From assembly GCA_040005235.1 (NCBI GenBank), contig JBDTZG010000027.1, forward strand, positions 8,900 through 72,899: a stretch of DNA of 64,000 nt, in the 5' to 3' direction. This document shows, piece after piece, positions 21,584 through 31,505 of this stretch; the stretch's first letter is position 1; each line of letters opens with the position of its first letter. A program made the position numbers and the translations under genes. This DNA is from Acidobacteriota bacterium (lineage in GTDB: Bacteria; Acidobacteriota; Thermoanaerobaculia; Multivoradales; UBA5704). The notes below the pieces were generated by a model, which saw nothing but the letters and a program-made list of their open reading frames with translations, searched no databases and was not told where the DNA came from.

Positions 21584-22039
21584 TCAGTTCTTGTCCGCCA
21601 AGTCCTTCCACCCCTTGTCGGCGTCGACGATGAACTTCGCCTGATCCTTCTCCCACGACTTCTGGACCCCCTTGTCGTAGTTCACATAGAGCTTGCCATC
21701 CACCACCTTCCAGATCGTCGGATCGGCGGTGACCAGGTGGCCTTTGGCCAAGCCGTAGGCGCAGTGGCCGCCGTATTGCGGGGCGTATTTCGCCGGGTTG
21801 GCCACAAAGGTGTCGCGGTGGGCTGCGCTGGCGAAACGCCATTTGGCGCCGTTCCACTCCTGGATGAACTCGGCCTTGCCAACAAGCGGCTTGCCCTCGA
21901 AATAGCTGACGGCATCCCAACCCCGGAGGGCGAAGCCGTTTTTGTCCAAATCGAGCGGCGGAGCCCCGAAGGCCGCCCCGGCCAGCACGAACGAGAACGC
22001 GAGGACGGCGAGCAAGGCGAACGTGTATCGGTGACGCAT
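21584..22039 (-). CDS. YHS domain-containing secreted protein
   Basis: Signal peptide; GWDAVSYF, WRFASAAHRDTF, PQYGGHCAYG, VDGKLYVNY; start moved to ATG 22039. Confidence 0.88.
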   Translation of the reverse strand: MRHRYTFALLAVLAFSFVLAGAAFGAPPLDLDKNGFALRGWDAVSYFEGKPLVGKAEFIQEWNGAKWRFASAAHRDTFVANPAKYAPQYGGHCAYGLAKGHLVTADPTIWKVVDGKLYVNYDKGVQKSWEKDQAKFIVDADKGWKDLADKN

Positions 22040-22205
22040 GGTGTGAATCTCCTGAAGTGCAGCGGGTTTGCCGCGAAAGCCCTCAAAGCAGGATACCAGG
22101 GGCCGCCGGGGACGGTTCTGCGAGATCGAGGGTGGCACACTCCGATCCCGACATCTGGTTTGCCGGTCGGCACCGATCGGTTTCAACGAGTGGTAGTTTC
22201 CGCAG

Positions 22206-24635
22206 GTGTTTCAAGCCCTGATTCTCAGCGTGCTCTATTTGGCGACCGCTCTCGCCATGGCTGCGATCGCCCGGGCTGGCGTCGGATCGTCCTCCCGGGC
22301 GGCGCTGCTGATCCTCGCGCTTCTGCCGCTCGCCTATACCGCCGCGGGCTTCCTCCCCGGGCGGACGCTGGCGCCGACCGCCATACTTGCCGGAGTACCG
22401 CCCTGGGCCGGGCGCGAAGTCGCGGCCCTTTTCTCAACCGACGCCTCCGCGGCAAACTTGATGCTGCTCGATCCGGTGTCGCAAATGGAGCCCTGGCGCC
22501 GGGCGGCTCGCGAAGACTTGCTGTTCAACCCGGCGCAGGACGCCGGCGCGGCGCTCCTCGGGAACGGGCAGTCCGCCGCGCTGTTTCCGCTTGAGCTGGT
22601 AGCGCGCCTGCTCGAGCCCGCCAACGCGACCGTCTATTTGCAGGCTACGCGCTTGCTTCTTGCGGCGTTTGGAATGTTCGTCCTGTTGCGTTCGCTCGCC
22701 CTGTCCGAGCTGGCAGCGTTGGCGGGTGCAGCGATCTTCGTCGGCACCGGCTTCATTCAACTCTGGCGCACTCACCCCCATTCGTATGTGGCGGCGGTCG
22801 CCCCCTGGATTCTCTGGGGCCTGCTCGGCGTGGCGCGCCGCCCGCGACCGGGCGCGGCGCTCGCGCTCGGCGTGGCCGGTGCGCTTGGGGTAGCCGCTGG
22901 CCACCCGGAAACTCTTTTCCAAATTTTCCTGTTCGTCCTCCTCGTAGCGCTCCTAGCCCTCGCTATGTTCAAGCCGGATCGCCGTCGGCTGGTGCGCATC
23001 CTGGTCTGGGGTGGCGCCGCCGCGCTCCTTGCCTTTTTGCTCGCTGCCCCGGCGCTCCTGCCGTTCGTCGAAACGCTACGCACTTCCGCAGAATGGGACC
23101 GGCGGCAACATCATGTACCTCAGCGGTTCGAGATTCCGCTGAAACGTGCTCTGCCGAGGCTGGCTCCTGCGTTCGACCTTCTGGCGTTTGGCGATCCGAT
23201 TGGAGGCACCTGGCTCGGGCCTGAGAACCTCGCGGAGCTAGGCGGCGGCTCTCTGGGGTCGGCGGCGCTGCTGCTCGCCCCGCTCGCCCTACTTGCACGC
23301 AAGCGGCGTGGGCTCGCCTTCATCCTGCTCGGTCTGGGCTTGGCCGGTCTGCTTGCCGCAGCCCACATGCCTTGGATTTGGTGGCCGTTCGGCGCAGTGC
23401 CCTTCCTCGAACGGACGCTGGTCAAACGCCTATGCCTCTGGTGGGCGCTCGGCGGCTCGGTCGCGGCGGCCATCGGCCTCGAGAACCTGCGCCGCGGACG
23501 CGGGCGGCGAACCGCAACTGCGGTCGGGCTGGTTCTTGCCGCCGGCCTGGCTGCCTTGGCCCTGGCGTATCCGACCGCTCGCACGATCTCCAACTTAGGG
23601 CTCGAGCTGGGCGCACTTGGGATTGCGCTCTGCGCCGGACTCGCGCTGCGGTCGAGGCGGAGCGGAAGGTTGGCAGCCGCTCTCGTGCTCGCCGCATTGA
23701 TCGCCCCCCGCGCGGGACTTTTCTCGCGCTGGGTCCCGCTCTCTTCGGCGGCGAGCTTCTACCCGGAAACCGAGCCGATCCGGGCGGTTAGAGGTCGGGC
23801 GGCCGGCTGGAGAGTCGCTGGTTTAGGCTCGGCACTCCTGCCTCAGTCGGCAGCCTTCTTCGGGCTCGAAGAGGTACGTGGGTACGATCCGATGACGTTC
23901 GCACCCTATGCCGAATTCATCGGCCACGCAGGAACTCCCACGTACCCAGGATGGACCAGGCTCTCCGAGCCGGCACAGCCGATTCTGTCGTTTCTGGGAG
24001 TGCGATTTATCTTCGGCCCGCCGCGTATGCGCGTACCGGCCGGCCTATTTCGGATCTACGGCGGCCGTGAAGGTACCGTTTTTGAGAATCCTGGCGCCCT
24101 GCCGCGATTGTTCATTCCCGCCTCGGTCGCCCTGGAACAGGTCCGGGAAAAGGCGATTGAGCGCGCTGCGAAGATCGGCGATTTTCGCCGGCTCGCGATC
24201 GTCGGAGAGGCCTCCGATCCAACCTTCGCGGTTCGGACCAACGGCGACGCGCGGGTCATGCATCTCGCCGTCTCGACCGGCCGAATCAAGGCAGCCGTCG
24301 CGTCAAGGACACGGAGCTTCGTCGCAACCAGCCAACCGGCGATCCCTGGATGGTTCTTGAAGATCGATGGAGTGGAAGCAACACCCGCCCGCGCGAACGG
24401 CGCCTTTCTCGGCGCCTGGGTCGAACCCGGGAATCATCTTTTAGCGTTTCGCTACACGCCCGCAAGTTGGACCTTGGGCAAGGGCTTGTTCGGAATCGGG
24501 CTTCTACTGGCGGGTCTCCTTGCCGTTAAGTCGCAGCGCGAGCGCCGAGGCGGGCCAAGCCGCCCCGGCGGGGTCGGAATCCGGGATGCGAAGCCGGCGA
24601 GTCAGTTCACGGTCCCGGTGACCGTAAACGAGTAA
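22206..24635 (+). CDS. YfhO-family (GT-C) membrane glycosyltransferase
   Basis: Many TMs; GAALLGNGQSAALFP, AGHPET, VRGYDPM, C-terminal IPGW...ANGAFLG...GNHLLAFRYTP. Confidence 0.8.
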   Translation: MFQALILSVLYLATALAMAAIARAGVGSSSRAALLILALLPLAYTAAGFLPGRTLAPTAILAGVPPWAGREVAALFSTDASAANLMLLDPVSQMEPWRRAAREDLLFNPAQDAGAALLGNGQSAALFPLELVARLLEPANATVYLQATRLLLAAFGMFVLLRSLALSELAALAGAAIFVGTGFIQLWRTHPHSYVAAVAPWILWGLLGVARRPRPGAALALGVAGALGVAAGHPETLFQIFLFVLLVALLALAMFKPDRRRLVRILVWGGAAALLAFLLAAPALLPFVETLRTSAEWDRRQHHVPQRFEIPLKRALPRLAPAFDLLAFGDPIGGTWLGPENLAELGGGSLGSAALLLAPLALLARKRRGLAFILLGLGLAGLLAAAHMPWIWWPFGAVPFLERTLVKRLCLWWALGGSVAAAIGLENLRRGRGRRTATAVGLVLAAGLAALALAYPTARTISNLGLELGALGIALCAGLALRSRRSGRLAAALVLAALIAPRAGLFSRWVPLSSAASFYPETEPIRAVRGRAAGWRVAGLGSALLPQSAAFFGLEEVRGYDPMTFAPYAEFIGHAGTPTYPGWTRLSEPAQPILSFLGVRFIFGPPRMRVPAGLFRIYGGREGTVFENPGALPRLFIPASVALEQVREKAIERAAKIGDFRRLAIVGEASDPTFAVRTNGDARVMHLAVSTGRIKAAVASRTRSFVATSQPAIPGWFLKIDGVEATPARANGAFLGAWVEPGNHLLAFRYTPASWTLGKGLFGIGLLLAGLLAVKSQRERRGGPSRPGGVGIRDAKPASQFTVPVTVNE

Positions 24636-27600
24636 GGGCTGTCGTTCGGATCATCGCTCAGGATCGAAACGGTGCCGCTCCAGTTGCCGGCGGTTGCGGC
24701 GAGAAGTCGCACTCGGAAATAGGCCGATGAGCCTGGTGCGACAGGCCCGACCGGCGTTTCAATCTGCGAGAATCCGGCGCCACCGACCAGGCTTGTCGCG
24801 TTGGTCAGATTCAGATTGCCGCTGCCGTTGTTGTCGATCCGAAAGCGAACAGAGATCGTAGTGTTGGCCGTTGTGGTGCCGATCGACACTGAAGTTCCCT
24901 TCGCCACAGCTGTGCCGTCGAATGCTTTCCATACCGAGATGTTTGGCACCGAGGCTGAGACTGTTCCTTGAACGCCGAAGGTGAACGGCGTTGCGCCAAT
25001 TTCGTTGGTCTGTAGACTCACCGCACCGGTGTAGCCTCCGGCCGAGGCTGCAAGTAGGCGGACCCGAAAGATACTGCTCCCACCTGGGGCGATCGAGCCC
25101 GAAGGGGCGGTCCCGATCTGGCTGAACCCGGTACCGCTGACGAGCGCCGAAGGATTGGTGATTGTGAGCGCTTCATTTCCGTCGTTGAAGAGCGTGAACT
25201 GCCGCGAGACCGACGCTCCAACGACAGTGTTCTGCATGGTGTAAATCGTACCCAGCGAAATCAGGGTTCCGTCCTCACAAACGATACGGACCTGAGGGTG
25301 GACATTGTCGACCGTCACCGACCGAGTGGCAATGCCGACGTTGGGGACGCTATCGTACGCCTTGAGGGTAAGAGTGTGCGTCCCTTCGCTCGCCGATGTC
25401 GTGTTCCAGGAAAAGGCGTACGGCGCCGTGGTATCACTGCCGATCAGGGCACCATCCAAATAGAGTTCGACGCGGGTTACCGCCACATTGTCAGCTGCGG
25501 TCGCCTGGACGGAAACTGTGCCGCGGAGAAGCGCTCCGTTCACCGGGGCCGTAAAGTTCACGCTCGGTGCACCGGTGTCGTTGTTAATCGTAAAGTTCCT
25601 CTGAAACGACCACGGATTGCCCGCGCCGTCCGTTGCGGTCACGGCCAGCGTGTGAAGTCCCGCGGAAAAGAGCGTCGAGTCGAAATAAGCTCGCCAACCG
25701 ACGAACGGACAATTGGGATCCCCAACCGGCACCGCGGCGCAAGCATCGGCCCGCCCCAGGCCGAAAGTGTAAGGACCATTCAGCGCGAGCGCCTGACCGT
25801 CGAGCTGGAAAGCCAGCGACACGACCCGATTCGCATCGATCGCCCAGCCGTTGATGAGTACCGCGTTACCCGAAACGACCAGGCCGGCGCTGGGACTGTC
25901 GATATACACGTTGGGCGCGACGTTGTCGACCGTCACTGCCACGCTCGGCGACGTGCCACTGTTACCCGCGGTGTCGTACGCCTTGGCCAGCAGGCTATGG
26001 GCTCCCGCGGTCGTATTCGCGGTGTTCCAATTGATCGAGAACGGCGCGGTCGTGTCGGTCGCCAAGACCACGCCATCGAGATAGAAATCAACCTTGGCTA
26101 CCCCAACGTTGTCCGACGCTGCTGCCTGAATGGAAACTGTGCCGCGAAGTTGGGAGTTTGGGGCAGGCGAGGTCAGGATCGCTGTAGGAGCAGAAGTTTC
26201 GCCGAGGACTTGTATCGTGCGAAGTGGAGACGAGGTGCTGTTGCCGCAGGCGTCATAGGCCTGTGCCCGAACGGAGTGAGGGCCGTTCGCAACAGCGGCC
26301 GCATTCCAATTAACGGAGTATGGAACAGTCATATCCCCGCCCAAATTTTGCTCATCAACGTAGAAATCGACCCGTGCCACACCTCGGTTATCGGATGCGG
26401 CTGCCACCAGGGTCACTGCGCCGCTAACCGTGGCACCGACCGAGGGTGAGGTGATCTGCGTAGTAGGCGGCAAAATGTCACCGCAAGGACCGTTATCAAC
26501 CGAGAACGGAATGCTGACTTCGGTTGGCCAGCCGGCGGGATCGATCGCGACAACCCCCAAGAGATGGCTGCCGTTAGTGAGTGAACTCGTGTCGTATGAT
26601 CCAGAAAAACCTGAATCGTCGTTGCAGGCGGAGTGCTGGATGCCGTGAGGCAGCTCGCATGCCCTGGCATCCTGGAGGTTCGAGACGAAACCCTGAGGCC
26701 GGATTCCAATGCCGTCGATTCCGAAGGAGATGCTGACAGCACCGGTCAAGTCGGTAGCGAAGCCAGCCAAGCTTAGAAGGCCGGAGACGGCCTGGCTTTG
26801 TTGCGGGGAGTCGACCAGTAGAAAAGGTGCCAGCCCTGCCTGAAGATTGCCAACGGAATTTTCACCACTTACTCCAACCGAAGTACATTGCCAATCGCAG
26901 CTCGTCGAACTCCCACCACCCTCTTCGGTCACTGTAATGCAGGCGTAGGTGCAATCTAAACCACCACCCCATCGAGGAGAACTATCGTTGTAACAGGACC
27001 AGGGCGACTCGGAGCAGAAATCGACCGAGTGTCCACCCGCTACAAAACCCCCTGGACGGCCGAAAATGCGCGCGTTCTCGCACGGGTTTGCTTCCCCTGG
27101 TTCGGTCGCCTCAGAATTGCAAGCGTTCTGGCTATCATTCGTCGCATTAACAAATCTACAGTACTGACTGGCGCCGAGACCTGAGTCGGTCTCGGTTGAT
27201 GGCGATTTCATCAAACCATGGCTACACCCGTCGTTGGGGTCGTCGTCCAGTCCCAAAGCATGACCGATCTCGTGCGCTATGACGAACGCCCCCCATTCGG
27301 AATCCCAGCGGATCGTCCCGCCGGCAGAGTTAGGGAAGCACTCAAGGCCATGAGTACCGTCGCTGGGGCATTTTCCATAAAGCACTATCGTGTTCGACCC
27401 GCTGTCCCAAAGTGCCGGCGAAAAACCGCCGTGAGAGGAATCGGGGATAGCGGCCTCGTTAGGCCGGTAGTCGACGAGCATCGAGGTTCGGTACACGTCG
27501 GTCTTCATATCATCACCGCCAGCCGGACGATTTTGTTTCCAATTGACCTGAAAGGTGGGGAGACTTTTCTTCACAGGGCAGCCGCTGTTCCAGCGCTCGG

Positions 27601-27829
27601 TACCCTGCTGCACTCTTGCCAGCGGGAGGAAGGTGGCGTTCCGGGCGGCTTCGTTCCCGTATAGAGTGACTGAACTAAAGCCGCTCTCTGTATTCCCAAA
27701 AAAGGGAAAGATCTTATCTGTGGTTCGGCCCTTTACGCAGATGGCTTGCGCAGGAAGCTTCGCAGAAAGACTCATCAGTATGACTGAAAAAATGACCGCA
27801 CTAAGACGTTGTACTTTCAAGATATTCAT
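24602..27829 (-). CDS. Large secreted protein: zincin metalloprotease-like domain, several bacterial Ig-like repeats and two ASH/choice-of-anchor-D-like domains
   Basis: HEIGHALGLDD plus downstream GLMK (Met-turn-like); repeated ASDNxGVxxVxFYxD...APYSxxWNT...G.HxLxAxAYD; C-terminal FxxxNxGxxxLxxxN repeats; SD AAGGAG before ATG 27829. Confidence 0.8.
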   Translation of the reverse strand: MNILKVQRLSAVIFSVILMSLSAKLPAQAICVKGRTTDKIFPFFGNTESGFSSVTLYGNEAARNATFLPLARVQQGTERWNSGCPVKKSLPTFQVNWKQNRPAGGDDMKTDVYRTSMLVDYRPNEAAIPDSSHGGFSPALWDSGSNTIVLYGKCPSDGTHGLECFPNSAGGTIRWDSEWGAFVIAHEIGHALGLDDDPNDGCSHGLMKSPSTETDSGLGASQYCRFVNATNDSQNACNSEATEPGEANPCENARIFGRPGGFVAGGHSVDFCSESPWSCYNDSSPRWGGGLDCTYACITVTEEGGGSSTSCDWQCTSVGVSGENSVGNLQAGLAPFLLVDSPQQSQAVSGLLSLAGFATDLTGAVSISFGIDGIGIRPQGFVSNLQDARACELPHGIQHSACNDDSGFSGSYDTSSLTNGSHLLGVVAIDPAGWPTEVSIPFSVDNGPCGDILPPTTQITSPSVGATVSGAVTLVAAASDNRGVARVDFYVDEQNLGGDMTVPYSVNWNAAAVANGPHSVRAQAYDACGNSTSSPLRTIQVLGETSAPTAILTSPAPNSQLRGTVSIQAAASDNVGVAKVDFYLDGVVLATDTTAPFSINWNTANTTAGAHSLLAKAYDTAGNSGTSPSVAVTVDNVAPNVYIDSPSAGLVVSGNAVLINGWAIDANRVVSLAFQLDGQALALNGPYTFGLGRADACAAVPVGDPNCPFVGWRAYFDSTLFSAGLHTLAVTATDGAGNPWSFQRNFTINNDTGAPSVNFTAPVNGALLRGTVSVQATAADNVAVTRVELYLDGALIGSDTTAPYAFSWNTTSASEGTHTLTLKAYDSVPNVGIATRSVTVDNVHPQVRIVCEDGTLISLGTIYTMQNTVVGASVSRQFTLFNDGNEALTITNPSALVSGTGFSQIGTAPSGSIAPGGSSIFRVRLLAASAGGYTGAVSLQTNEIGATPFTFGVQGTVSASVPNISVWKAFDGTAVAKGTSVSIGTTTANTTISVRFRIDNNGSGNLNLTNATSLVGGAGFSQIETPVGPVAPGSSAYFRVRLLAATAGNWSGTVSILSDDPNDSPYSFTVTGTVN

Positions 27830-27940
27830 TCTTTCCAGCTCCTTGATCAAAACGTCTTACGAACGATCCGTCTTCCTGAAATCGTCCAAAGCCAACCTCG
27901 GCTGAGCCCGCGTCAGGAATGCCAAACTTCAGAATTTTCG

Positions 27941-28753
27941 TCAGGTTGGATCAGGTCTACTCGAAAAAGCTCGAAGAATTTCTTCGAGGTTTCGGGGGCG
28001 ACGGTCACGGAGATACGAGTACGGTTGAGGTTCGATCTGCCCGTCGCGGATGACAAAGAAACTTCGCGGAGCGATGACCCAGTGAAGTCCGGATGGCCCG
28101 AAAGAACCTAAGATCAAGATTCGCTCGCCAGGCCGCGGCTGATGGAACCAAGGGTTTTGGTCGGTGCAGATCTTCTTCCCTTGAACCGTCATTGATCCGC
28201 CGGAGAGGACGACCGACACCTCGTCCGATGCCAGGCTGATTGGCTTGATCGTGCGCTCCACTCTCACGACAAGACGGGTTGCAACGACTCTTCGCCAAGC
28301 ATCCCAACCGGGCTCTTCGGATTCGACTGTCCCCACGAAGGTGACCTGGCTGTCCGCGATCATCCCTTCGAGGTCTGTCGCTTCTGGAATTGGATATGGA
28401 AACTGAACGGAGCCGCTGTCAGTGCAAAGACTGACTTTGCCGGATGAGTTGAATGGACGATTTGATTTCGGCGGCCAATTTTCGATCCGCGCTCGGAGGA
28501 CTTCTCGTTGATCAGCGGAGAACGGAAGCTCCGTCAGCGGATAAGCCGCGATCAAAACTTCTGGAATGAACCAGGCCGATTCTTGGTTGGGGTCAAGCCA
28601 TAGGATCCCCTCACTCGAAACCTTCGGCTTCCTCACGGCCGCACCTGCGAAGCTTGATGCCGACTGGCAACTGCAAAGCAGGGAATATATGAAGACTGCA
28701 AAAATGAACACCGCTCCTCGGCCACCAAAATTTTGCGACATTGACTCTCCCAC
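27941..28753 (-). CDS. Hypothetical lipoprotein
   Basis: 270-aa ORF, hydrophobic N-terminus with LLCSC; co-oriented upstream of the Ig-repeat protease; visibly lower GC. Confidence 0.65.
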   Translation of the reverse strand: MGESMSQNFGGRGAVFIFAVFIYSLLCSCQSASSFAGAAVRKPKVSSEGILWLDPNQESAWFIPEVLIAAYPLTELPFSADQREVLRARIENWPPKSNRPFNSSGKVSLCTDSGSVQFPYPIPEATDLEGMIADSQVTFVGTVESEEPGWDAWRRVVATRLVVRVERTIKPISLASDEVSVVLSGGSMTVQGKKICTDQNPWFHQPRPGERILILGSFGPSGLHWVIAPRSFFVIRDGQIEPQPYSYLRDRRPRNLEEILRAFSSRPDPT

Positions 28754-28810
28754 CTATTGCTCCCTAATCATACCTGAAGGACCAACACCACGGCGTTGCA
28801 CGCAAATGCA

Positions 28811-29872
28811 CTATCTGCCCAAAGCTTCCAGATCCAATACCTCGGCCGGATCGATACCCCGCGCCTGAACCAGCACCCGAATCTCCTCGCCCATCCCTTC
28901 GCCGTCGAGCAGATCCATCGCCTGGCGGCGAATGGTCGCATCGGCTCCGCGCAGCTCGTCGAACAGGCCGCAGGCGGTAAGCCAGAGCGCCTGGCGCCCG
29001 AGGACCACGGTGGTCAGGCCCTCCTGCTCTCCCGCGCCGATCAATGCCGAGAAATCGACGTGCGCGGTGAGATCCTGCCGGCCCACTTCGCGGAACGGAT
29101 CGCGATGCGCCCGATGATGGCGGTAACAGCCGAGCGTGCCGTGAAACCGGATGCGGCCGTCCACCAGCTGCATTTTGGGGAAACCATAATCGCAGGTGAC
29201 CAGCAGGCCGCGATCGAGCCGTCGAGCCAGCTCGCCGTAGAGCGGGCGCCAGCCGGGGGCGAGGTCGGCGATCTGGCCCGGGGCGAGATCGACATGCGGA
29301 CCGTCGAGCAGCTCGACCAGCGCGCGGTCCGACAGCTCGCCATGGCGCCAGGCGAAAGCGCCCTGCTCGTCGAGGTCGACCCACAGCTCCCCCACCCGCC
29401 CCGCTTCGCGCCCGACCAGACGGTGGACCGGCAGGGCGTCGAACAGCTCGTAGGAGAAGATCAGGCCGCGGACCGAGCGCGCTGGGATGAGGTCGAGCCG
29501 CTCGACGGATTCGACACCGGCGGGGAGCGGCCGGGCGACACGATCCCAAGCGCGCAGCCACCGGACGGGGCTACCCGGTGGAAAGGCCGCGACGGTGTTG
29601 GCCAGATGGACCCCCGTGCCGTACCCCGCCTCGAACAGCTCGGCCGGCAGCCCAAGCGCTTGGTCGAGCCGGCCGAGCAGCCGCGCGGTGACTTTACCGA
29701 ACAGCGGCGACCAGGAGGCGCCGGTGATGAAATCGCCCTCCTCGCCGATCGGCAGCTCGATCCGGTTGTAGTAACCGCCCACACCGTATAGAGCCTCTTC
29801 CATGAACGTCGAGAAGGGGATCGGCCCGCCGGATCGAATGCGGGCCCTCAGGCGGTCGGCAGGAGTGGACAT
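28811..29872 (-). CDS. SAM-dependent methyltransferase, MidA/NDUFAF7 family
   Basis: GPIPFSTFMEEALY...GYY, GDFIT, EAGYGTG, ELFDALP, DYG, QDLTAHVDF. Confidence 0.88.
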   Translation of the reverse strand: MSTPADRLRARIRSGGPIPFSTFMEEALYGVGGYYNRIELPIGEEGDFITGASWSPLFGKVTARLLGRLDQALGLPAELFEAGYGTGVHLANTVAAFPPGSPVRWLRAWDRVARPLPAGVESVERLDLIPARSVRGLIFSYELFDALPVHRLVGREAGRVGELWVDLDEQGAFAWRHGELSDRALVELLDGPHVDLAPGQIADLAPGWRPLYGELARRLDRGLLVTCDYGFPKMQLVDGRIRFHGTLGCYRHHRAHRDPFREVGRQDLTAHVDFSALIGAGEQEGLTTVVLGRQALWLTACGLFDELRGADATIRRQAMDLLDGEGMGEEIRVLVQARGIDPAEVLDLEALGR

Positions 29873-29954
29873 GGAGGCGGACTCTATGGGATCTCCGCCG
29901 GAACGCGGGGCCGGCCCGGGCCGGCCCGCCTCTCAGGCTACAATCCCCCTTCGC

Positions 29955-31016
29955 ATGAGCGAATCCCGCGCCACCGCCTCGACCGCGCCGACGACCGAAC
30001 GCCTGCTCGACCTGATCGACGCGATGGCCGGTCGGCCGGTCGTACTGGTCGCCGATTTGGTGGTCGACCGGTTCCTGACCGGCACGCCGAAGCGGATCAG
30101 CCGCGAAGCGCCGGTCTTGATCCTCTCCTACCAGGGCGAACGGATCGCGCCGGGCGGCGGAGCGAACGCGGCGGCCAACGTGATCGCGCTGGGTGGCCGG
30201 CCCCTCCTGCTAGGCGCGGTGGGCGACGACGCGAACGGCTCCGACTTGCTCGCCGACCTGACGGCACGCGGCATCGACGTTTCCGGAGTGCTGGTCCGCT
30301 CCGACTACCGGACGCCCACCAAAGTGCGCATCCTGGGCGGCGGCCGGCATTCGATCAAGCAGCAGATCGTCCGCTACGACATCGAAGACACCTTGATTTT
30401 GACCGACGCCGATCGCGCCGCGTTCGTCGCCCGGCTGGAAGCGTGGCGCGCCGCGACGAACGGCGACCTTTCGACCGCGATTCTCTCCGACTACGGCTAT
30501 GGCACCGTCGAGCCGGCATTCCTCCCGCTTCTGCGCGCGGCGCTCGGCCCCGATTCGACCCTGCTGTGCGACAGCCGCTACCGGCTGGGCGATTTTCGCG
30601 GCCTCGACGGCGCGACGCCGAACGAAGAGGAGGCCGAGGCTCTCCTCGGACGGCCGATCGAGGACGCTCCGGAGCCGCTTTACCAAGCGGGCAGAAAATT
30701 GCGCGAAACGCTCGGCGCCGGCTTTCTTCTGGTCACCCGCGGCAGCCGCGGCATGAGCCTGTTCGAAGAGCGGGGCGCCGTCCACCTGCCGGTTCATGGC
30801 ACCGACCAGGTGGCGGACGTGACCGGCGCGGGCGATACGGTGATCGGCACTTTCGCCCTGGCGCTCGCCGCGGGAGCGATGCCGCTCGAAGCCGCGCTGC
30901 TCGCCAACTATGCCGGCGGCATCGTGGTGATGAAAATGGGCACCGCGACACTTTCGCGCGAAGAGCTGGCCCTCGCCGTGCGCAGAGATCGCCGGCCGAT
31001 CGAAGGGCTCCGATGA
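29955..31016 (+). CDS. D-glycero-beta-D-manno-heptose-7-phosphate kinase (RfaE domain I / HldA)
   Basis: RISREAPV, GGGANAAAN, SDYGYG, TPNEEEA, DVTGAGDTV PfkB motif. Confidence 0.9.
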   Translation: MSESRATASTAPTTERLLDLIDAMAGRPVVLVADLVVDRFLTGTPKRISREAPVLILSYQGERIAPGGGANAAANVIALGGRPLLLGAVGDDANGSDLLADLTARGIDVSGVLVRSDYRTPTKVRILGGGRHSIKQQIVRYDIEDTLILTDADRAAFVARLEAWRAATNGDLSTAILSDYGYGTVEPAFLPLLRAALGPDSTLLCDSRYRLGDFRGLDGATPNEEEAEALLGRPIEDAPEPLYQAGRKLRETLGAGFLLVTRGSRGMSLFEERGAVHLPVHGTDQVADVTGAGDTVIGTFALALAAGAMPLEAALLANYAGGIVVMKMGTATLSREELALAVRRDRRPIEGLR

Positions 31017-31489
31017 GCCGGATCGTCACGGTCGACGAGCTGGCCTCCGAGCTTCCGGCGCTCCGCGCCGCGGACAAGAAAATCGCGTTCGCCAACGGCC
31101 ATTTCGACCTGATCCACGTCGGCCATCTGCGTTACCTTCAGGCGGCGAAGGCGGAAGGGGACGTGCTGATCGTGGCGATCAACGACGACGACTCGGTCGC
31201 CCGGCTGAAGGGCGGCGGACGGCCCATCGTTCCGGCGGCGGAACGGGCCGAGCTGCTCGCCGCGCTCTCGGCCGTCGATTTCGTGGTCGTCTTTTCGGGC
31301 GACTCCCCCGCCCCTTTGCTCGCCAAGTTGCAGCCGGACGTTCATTGCAAGGGCACCGACTACGGAACCCCCGAGCGGGTGCCGGAGTTCGAGACGGTGC
31401 GCGCCTATGGCGGACGCACCGCCCTGGTCGGCGACCCGAAGGACCATGCGACGAGCGATTTGATCTCGAAGGTTCGGGCGCTGCCCTGA
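31013..31489 (+). CDS. Heptose-1-phosphate adenylyltransferase (RfaE domain II / HldC)
   Basis: FANGHFDLIHVGHLRYL HxGH motif, LKGGGRP, KGTDY; ATGA overlap with the kinase gene. Confidence 0.9.
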   Translation: MSRIVTVDELASELPALRAADKKIAFANGHFDLIHVGHLRYLQAAKAEGDVLIVAINDDDSVARLKGGGRPIVPAAERAELLAALSAVDFVVVFSGDSPAPLLAKLQPDVHCKGTDYGTPERVPEFETVRAYGGRTALVGDPKDHATSDLISKVRALP

Positions 31490-31505
31490 CCGGAAAGCCG
31501 AGCCT

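Noticed and set aside
21584-22039. Selenoprotein recoding in the YHS protein
   Set aside because: The motif has Cys (GGHCAY) and there is no in-frame TGA.
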